A DNA stretch of 64,000 nt from Heteronotia binoei (taxonomy: Eukaryota), in contig NC_083237.1 in the NCBI RefSeq assembly GCF_032191835.1, positions 12,214,001 through 12,278,000 of the forward strand, written 5' to 3'. The first letter of the stretch is position 1, and every line of letters starts with the position of its first letter. Below are positions 12,768-24,992 of this stretch, piece by piece. The translations under genes and the position numbers were made by a program. Under the pieces are notes generated by a model that did not search any database, was not told the DNA's origin, and was given only the letters and a program-made list of their open reading frames with translations.

Positions 12768-14046
12768 TGTGAGGAACCAGTCAGGGTCAGCTTAGGAAGA
12801 TGACCACTATAAATTTTTCCCCAGTCACCTTCTTTCAGTCCCTCAGGCACACACACAGAAATTCTGTCAGAACTAAAGAAAACTAGGTGCCAGACAGTTT
12901 AAAATCAAAAATCACAAAAAAGATTTATTGGTCCAGAAAAGTTAAGGGAGAGAGTTAAAATATTATTGATTAGATCCAGGGCATTCTTTGAGCAGGAATG
13001 CACAGGAACATGGTTCCAGCTGGCTTGGTGTCAGGGGGTGGGGGCTAATATGCAAATGAGTCTCTGCTGGGCTTTTCCTACCAAAAAAAGCCCTGTGCGA
13101 AACAATGGTGACATCAGGGGTTGTGGCTTAATATGCAAATGAGTCCCTGCTGGGCTTTTTCAACAAGAAAGCCCTGATCAATAGCAACGAATCAGTTGGC
13201 AGGCAGATGATTGGCAAAATAATCAATTACTAAACAAAGAGATTTGTCAGGCTGAGATAAAATTAAATATATAACCCTGGCATAAGATATTTAAACTACC
13301 AAACAGGCAGGCTTTAGAATTCTGCAGAACTCTCTGACAGGCAGGCAGTGCCCACTGGGCTTTAGGAATGCTTTGCAGTTCAGATGATATAGCCCTATGC
13401 TCTGGCTACTCAAATCATAAAAATAATAAACTGACAGTCACTCCTTTTCCACACACACTGAGAACTCCTGACTGGTGCCAGATTAATTCTCCCACACAGA
13501 CATACACACTAGCTTACAAGACTCACACCTCTGAGAGCTAATAATACCAGTCCCTCACTCCTGTGTGTCTCAGCCCCAGCTAGTTTTCTAGTCTGAATCT
13601 TGGGAATCCCCACTGTCCACCAGAATCCAGTCCTCCCTTCAGAGTGTTTGAATCATCTCAGTTTGACAAGGAGTCTGCCTTGATGTGTTGGCAGAACTCC
13701 CACAGAGAGTTTCTCTCTCAGAAGGTGCCTGGTTCTGCCTCCTTCTGCCTATAAACTTTCTTTTAGACAGAAGCTCAGCCCAGCTCTGTCTCCCAAAGAA
13801 CTCAGCCCCACTGGCTGTTCTCAGCTCCTCATCCAGTTGCTTCACACCACAACTGACTAGCGTAAGTCCCAGCCTTCACACTTCTATATCTCACTGAAGA
13901 CTTCTCCTCGAAGACTAAATTCTGAAGCGTTTTTACTGCTGCAAGCCCTTTCACTTCGCTGCATTTCAGTTGCCATGACTGCTTCCCAGCCAAACGTTGC
14001 AAGGCTGTTCCCAGCTTCTCAAGCTAAGTTGCCTGAGTCCATCACA
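12768..14046 (-). mobile_element. Solo LTR (about 1.1-kb family) with a nested MITE at 12977-13176
   Basis: TGTGA...TCACA ends, perfect 5-bp TSD GCTGG, AATAAA on the minus strand. The paralogous site near 7650 is empty. Homologous to 42620-43681. Confidence 0.85.
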
Positions 14047-14931
14047 GCTGGCAACTTTTAACTGCTCATAAGGACCCATGCCACTACTTTCAAGACCAGT
14101 TGTAATTTCCGGGTCAGTCTCAAAGGTAGCCCTATACAGAGCAATTTACAGTAGTCTAACCTGGAGGTGACTGTTGCATGGATTTCTGGAGGTAGGTCAG
14201 GGTGAGTCTGGAAGGGGGTCCATTGCTTGCACTTGTGGGAGGAACACCTGTGTAGAGGTTTGGGGAGATATGCTGTTGGGGTGAGCCATTAAACTGCTCA
14301 ATTTGCATATTAGGAGGCGTGAGTGTAGGAGGACTGGAAGAAAAAGAAAGAAGATGTAGGATGTGGAACATGAGGCCTAGTTGTTTAGTCTCTCGAATGA
14401 CTGAATTGCTGAAAGGCTTCAGCTGAAGAAGTTTTGTCTGGTACAGGCCCTCTCTTTTTGGAAATCACTTCTTTTGGAGGAGTTAGCCTCCAGACTGCCT
14501 GCCTATGAACTGGAGCTGATTTCTCCTCTCGAATGGTGAGGGAGAAGGCCCTGAGAACTTCCCTTCCCTCTTGAGGCCTGCTTCTGAGGGACTGTGTCTT
14601 GACCAGCTTCAACAAGAAAACAGCATTTCTGGGACACTGACTGGAGTGTTGGGTTTGGAAGGGAAAGAGTTGGGGGTGGGGAGCACACTACCCAGTGTGT
14701 GCCATATTGTATTTTCCCTGTTGTAATGAATACTTATATTGCTTAATCCAAGGTGTGTGCGAGGGAGGCTGTAGGTCTTGAATATGCCCTTATTTCCAAT
14801 GCCCGGATTGCACCAATCTGGCAACATTTTGACACAATGACAAATAGTAAGTTATAGGTTGTATTCAGCCATAGGATAGAAACCAAAGGTGCCCTTCCAG
14901 TAATAGAAGATTCATAAATTACAAGTTAAAC

Positions 14932-15363
14932 CAGGCTTCATTTTGGGCAGGAGCTCACAGGAGCGGTGCTCCGGAACCACTAAATTTTATTGTGCTTTTA
15001 CTTTCTTAAACATGTCCACCATCCAAAAAATTGCTTCTGGGCTCCATTGTTCAAATGCCCTGTGAGCATTTAACAACTTTAAGATTGAACAAACTTTCTA
15101 ATTTCGCCCCCCACACACACACACACAAATGGAAAAATAGCCAAAATATATAAAGCAGACAGATGGAAATCTTCATCAGGCCACAGAGGCCCCATAGGAG
15201 AAAAGTAATTTAGAAAGTATGATGGGAGTAAGGTTTTATTATGACCATTATAATTCAAGAAGCATTTTAAGGTAGAAACTGATCTGATATAATGTAGTAC
15301 ACCTTCCAGTGATGTCAGGTGTTTGTGGAATATGCAAATGAGTTGTGCTAATGAGCTCCGGCT
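14932..15363. mobile_element. hAT-like MITE fragment
   Basis: Begins CAGGCTTCATTT and is absent from the paralogous site near 9225. Confidence 0.6.
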
Positions 15364-16015
15364 GCTAAACCGTCACATTATGACAGTCAACCTAACATAT
15401 CTTGCCAGCAACTTTTCAGTGGAACTCAAGGTACTTTGCATACGATTGTCATCCCCCATTTTATCTCCACTATGAGGTGGGCTAGGCTGAGTCTTAGCAA
15501 GTGTCCTAAAGTCATACAGTGAACATCATGCCTGAGTAGGCATCTGAACCCTCATCCTGAACTGACATTCCAAGTTTTAGTCTGACAAAGAACCAGTCCA
15601 CCAATACAGAAAAGAGTGGTTTTAGTCTGATTAAGAACCTCTCCACTCCACCATGCTGGCTGAATAGGAGAAAGAAGAGAGTCTATGTACCTCAGGCTCC
15701 ACAGAGCCAGTTTAACAAGGTAAAATAACAATCGGTTGGAAAAATTTGGGCTAAACTGTGGTATTGTGGATGCCTAGAATTATTTAAATAAACACTTCAA
15801 TCTCTATCTTGTTTATTATATATATGCCATGCATTTCTCTCTAATTCCCATGCTCCATTTCAAAGTGAACCAAATGAATATCTACAGCCGCTGTGACCCC
15901 CCCCCCCACCCTCAGCTCCAATCTGATAATCAGCCCAATCAACATTGGTGAAACCAAGCTGAGTTGATTGGTGATGACAGCTTTGAAGCACATAGCCATA
16001 AAAACATATTGCTGT

Positions 16016-16940
16016 TTAATCGGGATGCCCAACCCACAGTTTTAACAGAGAAGCCTTCATCTCCTTATTCCTAAATGTATGGATGGCAGGATTCAGAAAC
16101 GGGGTTATTATGGTGTAGAACATGCTCACCACACCATCCATGGAGTCCTGAGTTTCTGGCCTCAGGAATAGAAAACAATGGGGATATAATAGATAACTAC
16201 CATGGTGATAAGGGCTAAGCATGTAGAGAAGCCCCAGCGATTCCTTTCGCTGCTGCTGATCCTCAAAATGGAGGAGACAATATAGACATAGGAGGTCAGG
16301 GTAAGGATGAGCAGGCCATGGCCACACGTCCGATGTCCACTATGGTCACCATCTCATTGAGTGTTGTGTCTGCACAAACCAGCTTCAGCAGGGCAGGGAG
16401 GTCACAAAAGATGTAGTCAATCTGGTTGTTCCATCCATAGGGCAACTGAAAGGTGAGGGTCATCTCTAACACTGAGTGCACACAGCCTCCGGTCATGGCA
16501 CCGAAACAGAGGGTGAGGCAGACTCTCCAATGCATGATGTGGCTGTAGTGGAGGGGCTTGCAGATTGCAATGAAGCGGTTGTAAGCCATAATGGTGTAAA
16601 AAAGACATTCAGCACAGCCGATGGAATTCCGAGAGAATACTTGACATATACATTCTCCAGAAGTGATTATCTTACCAGCAGGGAAGAACCCTGCAATCAA
16701 TCTGGGGCCCACAATGGAGGAGAAAGTCATATCCAGGAAGGACAAATGGCAAAGGAACCAGTACATGGGCTTGTGCAACTGGACGTCAGATGCCACCACC
16801 CAGACAATCAGGGAATTTCCACAGAAAGTCAGAAGGTACATGAGCAAGAAGAAGAGTAACAGTGGCACCTTCAGTTCTTTGGGGAATGAGAAGCCAGAGA
16901 TGATGAACACAGCTGGTTGTGTTTGATTTGGACACTCCAT
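16016..16940 (-). pseudogene. Olfactory receptor pseudogene (OR10G/10D-like)
   Basis: ATG is intact. Two separate 1-bp deletions (near 16311 and 16173) make it 925 bp vs 927 bp. DRF is changed to NRF and the TM6 region is degenerate. Confidence 0.9.
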
Positions 16941-18633
16941 TATCAGAACATTTATATCAGTGTCATTGAAGCAGTGTCAAGCAATTAGATCTCAAAGTAA
17001 CCAGTCCTTGAATTGAAACAAAGTATGGTTTATTGATAATCCAAGATGCCTCTAGTGAGCTAGGTATTGGAACTGATACACAGTAACAGTGAAGGGCATA
17101 CTTAAAGATGGCACATCAAAGGTTCTCTAAACAAAGCTATATTCACGTGTGAATCTTCACACGGTTCCTTGCTTATCTCCTGTGGTTTCTTTACCCTGGG
17201 ACCAGGCATGGGAACCTGTCCCTTGTGGCGCTTATCTTCAAAGGCACATTCTTGCATTTGTTAGTAACAGTGATAGGGGTGCGAATTACTATCTTCTACT
17301 TTGATGTGCTCAGCTTGGCTCAGGGTTAGTAACATTCATATAGTCGTATGGATACATTCAGTTAGCATAAAAATATCAGAAGAAAGATTAACATTGCTTG
17401 ACAAGCAGAACCAGGAAGCCTTTCTTGTTCCTTTTCCAAAGCAAGTGGAGGAATACAGTTCCTGTCCCACTATCTTTTCACATATCAGAAGGCTAGCCAC
17501 ACTTTTGTACCTGAATAGTCTTATGTGAAAGGGACTGAAGACCCCCAGAACTCAACGGTGTACTTAGAAAGAGCTAGAATTCAATATGTCTGTGAAAGTT
17601 GGAGGCACACTGAGTTTAAAGTAAGTGGACCAATCCTAAATGCACTGATAACAAATAGAATGACTCCTTAAGCAGACTGCCCTCCCTGAGCTGGAAGACC
17701 CAGGATAGCTTCTCTCATCAGATCTCTGAAGTTAAGCAGGGTCAGCTGCACTTGATACTTAGATGAGAGGCCTCCAAGGAAGTCCAGGGTTGTCATTCAG
17801 GGGCAGGCAATGACAAGCCAACTTTGTTTGGCTCTTGCCTTGAAAATTATATGAAGTTGCCTTAGATCAGCTGTGACTTGATGGCTCTTTCCTGTTAGAC
17901 ATGATGTCACATTCCTCATGTATTCTCGAAATGATTGTGGAATAGAGTCAAAGCAAACATAATACTAGATCCTTTCCACCTAAGGGAATGAATGGTCTCT
18001 TCCTCCTCAGGTTAGGCACATAGATTTCCTAAAAACAAAGAAACAACATTCATGTTCTAAAATAGCCTTTCACTCAGTGCTTTTTTGGTAGAAAAAGCCC
18101 AGCAGGAACTTATGTACATATTAGGCCACACCCCTGACACCAAGTTGCAATATCCAAAAGAAGGGTCAGGAAATTCCTTAGTCATCACCTCTCCACCTTG
18201 GAAACCCATTTGTTTGTAGCACACCTTTCTTGTTGCTCAGATCAGGAAATTCTGGGTAAACTCCAGAAGTGTGCCTTCTTCTTGAGGTTCAGGTCATTCC
18301 TTATCCGTTAAGCAAAAAATTGGGAAGCACTCTGCATATTATATGCTCTCTGCCAATGACATTTCTGGATATTTAAATATTTTGGCTTTAGGAATGCTGA
18401 CATATGAAATTTACACTTTATGCTTCTTACAGCTGGTTTTGTTAAGTTTAAAAATCATGTGGCATAGCCTCAAACCATGAGAGTGGTGAAAGAGAAATGC
18501 TTTAAAGAAGTATATACGCTAGTTAGAACAATTCCTTAGCCATCACCTCCCCACCTCGGAAACCTATTTGTTTGTAGCACACATCTTTCTTGTTGCTCAG
18601 ATCAATATTTTGAGTCACCTTACTAATAAAATA

Positions 18634-18860
18634 ATATTGTCAAAGATTTCAGGTTTTCACGGCTGGTAACATCATTAGGGTTTGTAGAATCTTTCGGGAT
18701 CAAGTGCCGTGTTCTACTGGAGAAAGTTTTCCTTCCAGACGTTTCGTTCTCAGCTGCGGAGAACATCCTCAGTGGCGTTGCAGCCGGAGCAGGCGCTCAG
18801 ACCTTCTTGGCTGCTGTGCATCACTCAACTTGATCCCGAAAGATTCTACAAACCCTAAAA
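18634..18860 (-). mobile_element. Penelope-like element terminal (pLTR) fragment with an inverted end
   Basis: The minus strand ends ...ACCAGCCGTGAAAACCTG, a PLE-type tail. About 30-bp inverted repeat (TAGGGTTTGTAGAATCTTTCGGGATCAAGT / ACTTGATCCCGAAAGATTCTACAAACCCTA). Contains a hammerhead motif. Confidence 0.75.
18735..18775 (-). ncRNA. Minimal type I hammerhead ribozyme motif
   Basis: CCA-CUGAGGA-U-GUUCUC(CGCAGCU)GAGAAC-GAAA-CGUC-UGG: complete catalytic core, 6-bp stem II, palindromic ACGU stem III, 3-bp stem I. Confidence 0.75.
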
Positions 18861-19295
18861 TAATATTGCACTGTTCCCTAACAAAAGGGGTCAAATATAT
18901 ATTGCAAAACTGTTCATAATTGTATATGTTAATGAACGAGATAACGTTTTCCAAATAATAATAATAAGTCATAGTGTGCTTATTTTCCCCAGTTGTTGAT
19001 TTGGAAGAGCTGGTTTTTAAAAAGTTCATTTGGGGTGGAGCAGACTGAGTGATGTATGTTATAAAATAAAACAAAGATTTGCACAAATGTTTTATGTTGA
19101 CTTAGCACCTTCCACCCACCCCCAGTTGCTTTTCTGTATTTTTTTTTGGGGGGGGGGCAAAGCCACCAACTGTAAACATTAGGGACCACCTAGCCTGATA
19201 AGGTGCTGCTAATGAAGAAAGGTGTCCAAAGCAGATCTATTCTGAATCCTACTCAGATCTGTTCCCTGGGGCTTATTCTAGGAAAGTGGTCTTAG

Positions 19296-19458
19296 CAGGG
19301 GTCGCTTTGTAGAAAAATAGGTGGTGGAGCTCATCCAAGGATTGTTATGCAGCTGCACCTATTATTCAATGGACAAGGTAGGTGGGGATGAGCAGGGGGA
19401 ACCCTTAGAAAGGTTCAGGAGCTGCACTTCTGTGAGCTCCTGCTGAATCCAAGGCCCG
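19296..19458. mobile_element. hAT MITE
   Basis: Perfect TSD GGTCTTAG. Same family as 10926-11073. Confidence 0.85.
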
Positions 19459-19514
19459 GGTCTTAGGATCACACTATGAGTATGTTTAATACTCAAAGGT
19501 TTCCTCAGTTCAGC

Positions 19515-19800
19515 AAGAAGAAGAAGAAGAAGATATTGGATTTATATCCCGCCCTCCACTCCGAAGAGTCTCAGAGCGGCTCACAATCTCCTTTACCTTC
19601 CTCCCCCACAACAGACACCCTGTGAGGTGGGTGGGGCTGGAGAGGGCTCTCACAGCAGCTGCCCTTTTCAAGGACAACCTCTGCCAGAGCTATGGCTGAC
19701 CCAAGGCCATGCTAGCAGGTGCAAGTGGAGGAGTGGGGAATCAAACCTGGTTCTCCCAGATAAGAGTCCGCACACTTAACCACTACACCAAACTGACTCT
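19515..19800 (-). mobile_element. tRNA-derived SINE with (TTC)n tail (Squam3-like)
   Basis: Head AGAGYCAGTTTGGTGTAGTGGTTAAG with A and B boxes, L2-like 3' end. At least 10 copies in the window. Confidence 0.88.
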
Positions 19801-20469
19801 CCACCATATATCATTCAAAATGTCCACAAAGGTGACAAGTATCAATTTCCACGGCTCACGAGTAAAGGCAAACAGACCACTCTCAAGTAAGCAGCTTGTG
19901 CAAATGTAACATGCATTCACTTGTAGGATACAACAAAACTTGAAGGACTGCCTATACCCCTCTCCAAGGAAGGGATCGGAAACATGCTTACCATTTTAGC
20001 CAGTTGACGAGGAGTCCAATAAATTTGTGAAAACGGCATTCTGTCATCGCACAAACACTTTAATTCCACACAGAAAGTATTTTGGAAATGAACTGTGAAG
20101 CTATTTGCCAATTGTAGTGATTTATTGTGACTTCTGGAGGAACTGCAATAATTTCAACGGTCTTTGGAATGTGCGATTGCAAATGGAGATGCTGCTTACT
20201 CAAGAGAAGTCTGTTTGCTTTTACTAGTGAGTTATGGAAATTGATATTTGTCACCTTTGTGGCCATTTTGAATGATACATTGTGATGCACATGCAGTTTC
20301 ACATTGTGTAAAAATTTGTCGTTTTGTATAAATCTGATAAGATATCGATTGGCTAATATATTCACGGTTGTGTTCTCCTTGTTTATACCCAAGACAATAC
20401 AATAACAATAAAAATGCAAGCCAGTAAAATAACAAGCCATAAAACAGAATAGATAACTAGAAAGCTGAT

Positions 20470-20640
20470 AAGTTAAAGCCCCTGCTGAAAAACCTTGGTT
20501 AAAAAGACGCGTTTTAATCTGGTGCCTAAAAGGAATTGAAGTAGGTTCCATGTTGGGTTACCAGCTCTGTGTTGCAAAATTCTTGGGGATTTGGGGGGAA
20601 GCAGCCTAGGGAGGGGGAGCTCAGCAAGATATAAGGGACC
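20470..20640 (-). mobile_element. L2 LINE 3' fragment
   Basis: The minus strand reads PFRHQIKTRLFNQGF, an L2 ORF2 terminus. Confidence 0.55.
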
Positions 20641-21224
20641 TCCTTTCTCCATATGTTCCCCAGAGAGCACTGTGTTCAGGGACACAAAACCTACTATCTA
20701 TCCCCAGACCAAGGAAGGCCAGACTGTGCTCTACACGGGCTAAGGCCTTCTCAGTGGCAGCACCAACAATGTAGAACGCCCTTCCAGATGCCAAAAAGAC
20801 CCTGCAGGATCTCTCCTAATTCCACAGGGTCTGTAAAACTTGAAGGACTGCCTATATCCCACTGCAAGGAAGGGATCAGAAATGGGCTTTCCATTTTAAC
20901 CAACAGGCCTTTAATACCTAAATGGGCGAGGACTGCCATCTTACACTATTGAGCGACATCACTCATGAGGAATTATGATCACTATAAGATCACTGTCAAA
21001 AGAAAGAAAGTTATAATCCTGCCTATATGGAAGTTTTGAGCAGCACCATGAGATGTATTTTAATTGCTATTTTTTTGTTTTAAATTGTAACCTTCAATTG
21101 TTTTTAAATTCACTGTTAGCCACCCTGAGTCTGCTTGCAGAGAGGGCGGGATAGACAACTAAAGGAATAAATAAGTAAATAAGGCCAAAGCACCCAATCT
21201 CCAAAGCAGCCATTATCTATTAGG

Positions 21225-21420
21225 GGATAATCGTTGTTATCTGGAGGTCCTTCATAGAGGTTGGGAACCCTAGCACCAGGTGAGCCTCAATTGGGAGGGG
21301 GTTCCAAAGTTGAGGTGCCACCACAGAAAGTGCCTTGTCTCTGGTAATCATCTGCTTCACCTCTAATGCTGGGGGCACAGACACAGCTCTTGAGAGGCAG
21401 TTCTTCAAGATTTCCTTGAT
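21225..21420 (-). mobile_element. L2 LINE 3' fragment
   Basis: The minus strand reads RDKALSVVAPQLWNPLP, an L2 motif. Confidence 0.7.
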
Positions 21421-21714
21421 TCAGATGAAAGTTAATCACTTGTTTACCTCCTGAAATGAAGTGATTAATATGGGACAGCACTGCATTCTAAGAAATTATT
21501 GTTGTCCTTAGTTGCATGTAGTTCATTGCTGGGTAACACCCATGGGTAAGTTCAGTCTTCGGTTGTCCCTCCCATAGCCAACAGAGATAGAAAAGTGCTA
21601 TGAGCTGAGCTCCTGATTTAGTTTATAACTGCAAATGATCTTTTAAAGTATAGGTAATATCAAACTGGGAATCAGGGAATTGTGCCCATTGTGGAATATT
21701 CAGGTGGCCACATC

Positions 21715-21880
21715 CGAACCTCAGTTTTCCAATGTGTGATCATTTGAAATGTTCCCATGGACCATTTGAAAAATTCCCTTTGCACCATGGTTCCCTTGAG
21801 TTCACCAAAAGGCAAGACATTTTTAATACCTTCTGGAATTTGCCATGAACTTAAGAACAAATGGTCTCATGAGTAGATGT
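21715..21880 (+). promoter_or_regulatory. Candidate OR promoter or enhancer block (copies at about 29250-29900 and 37370-37910)
   Basis: Invariant 21-mer TCAGTTTTCCAATGTGTGATC in all three copies, with O/E-like TCCC-NN-G(G/A) sites and TAAT homeodomain-type sites nearby. Confidence 0.5.
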
Positions 21881-23208
21881 CCCTCTAAACCAAGAGACAT
21901 GAAATAAGTGGAGAACAGAGGAGACACATAAAGGCAATTTGCACAAAGCATGAATGGCTATAAAGATAAAGGGGGATTCTATATTAATCAGATCGAGAGA
22001 GAAAAATATTCATTGGAAAAATCTGTTTTTCTGAGACCAGAAACTCTCCTCTTTGAACGAAGTTATTTATACCAAGTCAGCAGGTTCTTCAGACATATTC
22101 GATCATTGGTTACTTCCAGATTGGAAGACGTGCAGTGCATTCATGATTGCACATTGTCAGCTAAATCATCTCTCACTGAAAGGTTCAGAAACTGGGAATG
22201 TTGACTGATAAATTGCCATTTTGTTGCTGTTCATAGAAGTATAAGCCAGGGAGGTCACCTTTTCAAGCATGATGAGACACACAAGAACAGAGACTGTTTT
22301 ATGAAAATGTCTATGTACGGTAGTACTTACAAAGACCTTCAGCTGGTAGACCATCTCTCACCTCCACCGAAAGATACAGATCTGATTTTGATATCTACCA
22401 GATGAGGACAGAACTGACTGAGCACAGACTGGCTTGCCTGTTACCCTAAAAGATGAAAATCTAAGTTATTGTGTGGATCTGTCGCTTTGTTCAACTGCTT
22501 CCAAGATTGACTGCATCAACTGAAGAGGGATAAAACTGCAAAAATAGCTCTTATTTATTATTCCATACACTAAATTTTAAAACAAGCAAATTTATAACTA
22601 TTTCTGTCTCAAGGATGTAACAGAAAATGGCATATTTCTGAAAGTTTAATATCCTGATCAGCATTTTGGAACTGACATTTTCAGAGTAGATACTACCAGG
22701 CTGAAAGTGAGTGGGTGATTCTGCCTGAGATTAAAATTAAAATTCCCGGCATTCTTGTCCTATTTGTAATGATCTAGTGGGCAAAAAAAAGAAACCGGGA
22801 ATAAAAAATAGTGGGATTTTTCTCTCTTCGAAGAGCTCTTGAAGAACAGTGGCTTTCAGAGAACTATTGGTCGGAAGCAGAAGTCAAAATTTATAGAGTA
22901 ATCCTGCCTTTCCAAGACTAAAAAGGAGACATCTACAGCCAAGGGAAGTGAATTTGGGTCTGGGAACTCTATTTTGAGGTTATCTGAGTCAATTGTGATG
23001 TATCATTTACTATTTATTATATAAAACATAACTAAACACCAATTATCCTGTAATTGCTTCTAAATAACCATTAATAATTGCACATGGCTATGTTCTTTTT
23101 TTGAGTCAGATAATTCGTTAAGTAAATATCACCATACGCTCCTTTGCCATAATGAGTCTGGGTGAGATTATTGCTCGTGGACTTCAGGCAGCCGTAAATA
23201 CTGCTTGA

Positions 23209-24138
23209 ATGGAGTGTGAAAATGCAACAAATACGCCTAATAACTTTGAACTTTTAGGATTCACGTACCCCAAGGACCTTAAATTCCTGTTGCTCTTCTT
23301 CTTCCTCCTCATGTATATTCTGTCCCTTTCTGGAAATGGCTTGATCATTTTACTCGTAGCGCTGGAGCCTGGTTTGCGCAAGCCAATGTACTGGTTCCTC
23401 TGCCACCTGTCTATCATAGACATGATGATCTCCTCTGTGGTGGTACCCAAACTGATCCAATGGCTGGTAAATGGCAATGGGGTGATCTCCTATGCAGGCT
23501 GTGTATCCCAACTCTTCTTTTTCAACGTCCTGGGCTGTGCGGAATGCCTCTTGTACACCGTGATGGCCCTGGACCGCTTTGTGGCCATCTGCAAGCCGCT
23601 GCACTACGGCACTCTCATGAACCACCGAGTTTGCATCTGTCTGGCTGCTAGCGCCTGGTTTGGAGGCTCCCTGCACTCCGTGATACAGACCTCCCTTACT
23701 TTTCGCTTGCCGTTTGGCCGAGGGATGCTGGTGTCCTACATTTTTTGTGACATCCCAGCTCTGCTGAAGCTGGCCTGTGCAGACACGTCCCTCATTGAGA
23801 CGTTGTCATTGTTGGACCCTGGAATTCTAGCCATGACATGCTTCCTCTTGATTTTGACATCCTATGTATATATTATCTTTGCCATCCTGAAGATTCCCAG
23901 CTCTAAAGGGAGACACCGTGCGGTCTCCACTTGTACAGCTCACGTCACCTTGGTGCTGATATATTACATTCCTGTGCTTTATAACTACCTGCGGCCAGCA
24001 TCTCAGGACTCCTTTGATGGAGTGGTAGGCATGTTCTACACTGCAGTGACTCCTTTCTTAAACCCTCTCATATACACGCTGAGGAACAAAGAGATGAAAG
24101 ACGGCCTGTGGAAACTCTGCCGTAGGATGTTTTGCTGA
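23209..24138 (+). CDS. Olfactory receptor, class II, OR10G/10D-like, intact (309 aa)
   Basis: 7TM ORF with PMYWFL, MALDRFVAICKPLHY, STCTAH and PFLNPLIYTLRNKEMK. A candidate acceptor CAG lies 17 nt upstream of the ATG. Confidence 0.96.
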   Translation: MECENATNTPNNFELLGFTYPKDLKFLLLFFFLLMYILSLSGNGLIILLVALEPGLRKPMYWFLCHLSIIDMMISSVVVPKLIQWLVNGNGVISYAGCVSQLFFFNVLGCAECLLYTVMALDRFVAICKPLHYGTLMNHRVCICLAASAWFGGSLHSVIQTSLTFRLPFGRGMLVSYIFCDIPALLKLACADTSLIETLSLLDPGILAMTCFLLILTSYVYIIFAILKIPSSKGRHRAVSTCTAHVTLVLIYYIPVLYNYLRPASQDSFDGVVGMFYTAVTPFLNPLIYTLRNKEMKDGLWKLCRRMFC

Positions 24139-24348
24139 AAGATCAAGTGCATGGGGTTTGGTTCTGTTAATCCTTTTAGTAAAAATATTAAGAAAACTCT
24201 GTATTCATGGAGTAGCAGATATTAGGTGCCAGAAAAGGAACATCCATTAGTTATTCATTATCTTTTTGTTATGTCCTTTCTCTACGTATCTTAGTGTGGT
24301 GTACATAGTTTTCCACTCCTCCACATTATCCTGAAGGGAGAAGGAAGC

Positions 24349-24631
24349 AGAGCCAGTTTGGTGTAGTGATTAAGCGAGCGAACTCTTACCTGGGAGAACC
24401 GGGTTCAATTCCCCGCTCCTCCACTTGCAGCTGCTGGAATGGCCTTGGGTCAGCCATAGCTCTCACAGGAGTTGTCCTTGAAAAGGCAGCTCCTGTGAGA
24501 GCTCTCTCAGCCCCACCCACCTCACAGGGTGTCTGTTGTGGGGGGAAGAAGATAAAGGAGATTGTAAGCTGCTCTGAGTCTCTGATTCAGAGAGAAAGGC
24601 AGGGTACAAATCTGCAGTCTTCTTCTTCTTC
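24349..24631 (+). mobile_element. Squam3-like SINE
   Basis: Full length, (TTC)n tail. Confidence 0.88.
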
Positions 24632-24992
24632 CTAGTAGCAACCCTGTGAGGTAAATTAGGGTGAGAGAGACAGATTGACACAGAGTCCCCCAGCCAGTTT
24701 GGTGGTTGAGTGGGGACTGGAATCTAGACATCAATAGGCCTATTGAGACACCTTAGCCATCATAAAACTGTCTAACAAGCAAATTTGTTGCGTGTCAATA
24801 CAGTGGGCAACCTAAGTGTGCCACAGTCACCTGATTTGTATTCTCCTTTGACAACTACTTGTTCATCGCGATTGAGATGTTAAGTGAGCATAAAATCCTG
24901 CTTCTTTTCTTTGAACACAGACAGAATTCTGTGAGCTGGATCCAAACAGTTCTCCTTATGGGGAAAAAGAAGAAGAAGTAGAAGAAGAAGAA

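Noticed and set aside
24349-24430. tRNA genes at SINE heads
   Set aside because: A and B boxes are present, but they continue into SINE bodies and I see no full cloverleaf.
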